From Lepidodermella squamata (Eukaryota > Animalia > Gastrotricha): a DNA stretch of 64,000 bases. Numbering within the stretch: position 1 is the stretch's first letter; each line of letters opens with the position of its first letter. Under the pieces are notes generated by a model, which saw only the letters and a list, made by a program, of their open reading frames with translations, made no database searches and was not told the DNA's origin. The stretch lies in the NCBI GenBank assembly GCA_047495785.1, contig JBLDXI010000056.1, positions 1-64,000 of the forward strand, given 5' to 3'. This document shows, piece after piece, positions 62,604 through 64,000 of this stretch. Position numbers and translations under genes: made by a program.

Positions 62604-62922
62604 TGAAGCCTCTAGAAAAAGGAGCAAACCAGGCTGAAAAGCACGTGGTAGACATGTCGGGGACAGGAATAGCTCATCAACAGTATCGTCAACAGGAAGA
62701 TAAACAATGTTTTCTGGGTCAACTCAAATTGAAGCCTCTAGAAAAAGGAGTAATCCAGGACAAAACGCACGTGCCTGACATGCCGAAGCGACGGGCATAA
62801 CGATTAACGATGATTTTTTCTGGGTCAACTCTCTGAGCACATGGCATAGAAGCCTCTAGAACATCCCGGACGAAAAGCACGTGGCTGGCATGCTGGCGGG
62901 ACTGGCATAGCTGACCAACAGC
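62604..62922. repeat. Three degenerate repeats of about 120 bp between divergent genes
   Basis: gaagcctctagaa...gcacgtg...catg recurs at about 62606, 62731 and 62849. Confidence 0.7.
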
Positions 62923-63075
62923 CTCAGTCGCTCGTTTTGCGTTTTAAAAGGCACGTTGTTTTCTAGTTTTATTGCAATCGTCGCGCCGGCGCGTAACGAG
63001 CCAACGTTTTTCTATGTTTTCCATTTGCCTGACCCTCTCATATCATTTTTGTTTTTTCTCTAGATAGTTGTTGAA

Positions 63076-63865
63076 ATGAGCGAAGACGTGGGCATTGTGA
63101 ATAAAATGGATTGCTTTGTGCGAAAAGCAACATGTTATCTAACCATGCGGTAAGTTGAAACAAACATTGTTCGTCAAGTGATATTTGATTTCTGCTTCTT
63201 TTAAAGCCTGAAATTAGAGTTGTCTGCCGAGGAAAGTGACGAAATTACTGAAATCTTAAGCATCCTCTCGAACGAATACAACGCTGAAGGAAGTTCTAAA
63301 ACGCAAAGAAAAAACAGATCAGTAAGTACTATTTCATTTTTTCCTCGGATGAAATATTTAATTTGTTTAATTTCTTAAGCCTTCGGCGAAATTCGATTTG
63401 CTACAATTTCTTCGAAGCTGCGAGCCACAACGACCGGCCCCTCAAACCGGCAGCTGTGAGACATGTTTACCTGATGCCCGTACGGAAGATGCATTAATAT
63501 CTGATTTGAAAGCCAAATTTGTTAATTTCTTGAATTTTCGTTCGAAATCACTTTATTCTGCATATGACTTGGGCTTCTCTTTGTTTGTTTATAAATCGAA
63601 ATTCTTTAAAAAAACTGGTAGCAAAGGCTTTGCAACCATTCTAGCCAAAACTGTCCTCCATCAGCGCAATGTCTCTAGTAAGTCGTGGATAAACAAATGC
63701 CTGCGTTTGTACCAACTCTTTAGAGATTTTCCGCATCTGATGTATTTGAATGTCGGTGTCGAAAAAATGCTGAAATTGTCCATTGATATATTTGCTTTGC
63801 TGAAATCAAGTGATGATGCTAGACAATGGTACGAGACCCTGTCTCGTTTTGCTACTGAAATGTGA
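63076..63865 (+). CDS. Three-exon hypothetical protein with a helical, possibly HTH-like C-terminal domain; exons 63076-63149, 63207-63321, 63380-63865
   Basis: Phase-2 and phase-0 GT-AG introns give a continuous frame MSEDVGIV...LTMR|LKLEL...NRS|PSAKFDLLQF... An acceptor at 63063 may indicate a further upstream exon. Confidence 0.65.
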
Positions 63866-64000
63866 TTTTCGTTTTGCTGTATGGTAACTTATATTTTGAT
63901 TTCATTATTGTCAAGAAGAGATAATTCGTTGTGCTAGTCTGATCTTCAAATTGCCGGCATTTGAATTTCAGACTATCCCTCGAAAAAGTCTCTGTGACGT

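Overview
Eukaryotic genomic DNA, most consistent with an invertebrate animal with compact introns (mostly 45-60 nt, GT-AG). The ORF track fragments most genes, so exon chains were rebuilt by hand from splice sites and reading phase. 1-32.5 kb is an interleaved cluster: four two-exon orphan class-A-like 7TM receptors, two 18-exon secreted proteins (five 4-Cys modules, three EGF, four C-type-lectin-like domains), the 3' end of another C-type lectin gene, and an atypical Cys-loop ion channel. 33.7-40 kb is a seven-exon PX-domain SGK kinase with a decayed CARD-like frame nested in one intron. 42-58 kb is a rearranging tandem array of secreted prepro-peptide genes (acidic propiece ending EEE[IV]AR, then in the two intact genes a cationic 22-aa repeat), interleaved with a LamG-like gene, a LINE fragment and a double-hairpin element whose empty site is visible in the duplicate copy. 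59-64 kb holds a partial LicD-type nucleotidyltransferase, a 180-bp satellite and a divergent gene pair with HTH-like features. Many MITEs are present. The most promising candidate systems are the 7TM/lectin cluster and the cationic repeat-peptide array. Domain calls are motif recognition by eye; no database searches were run.
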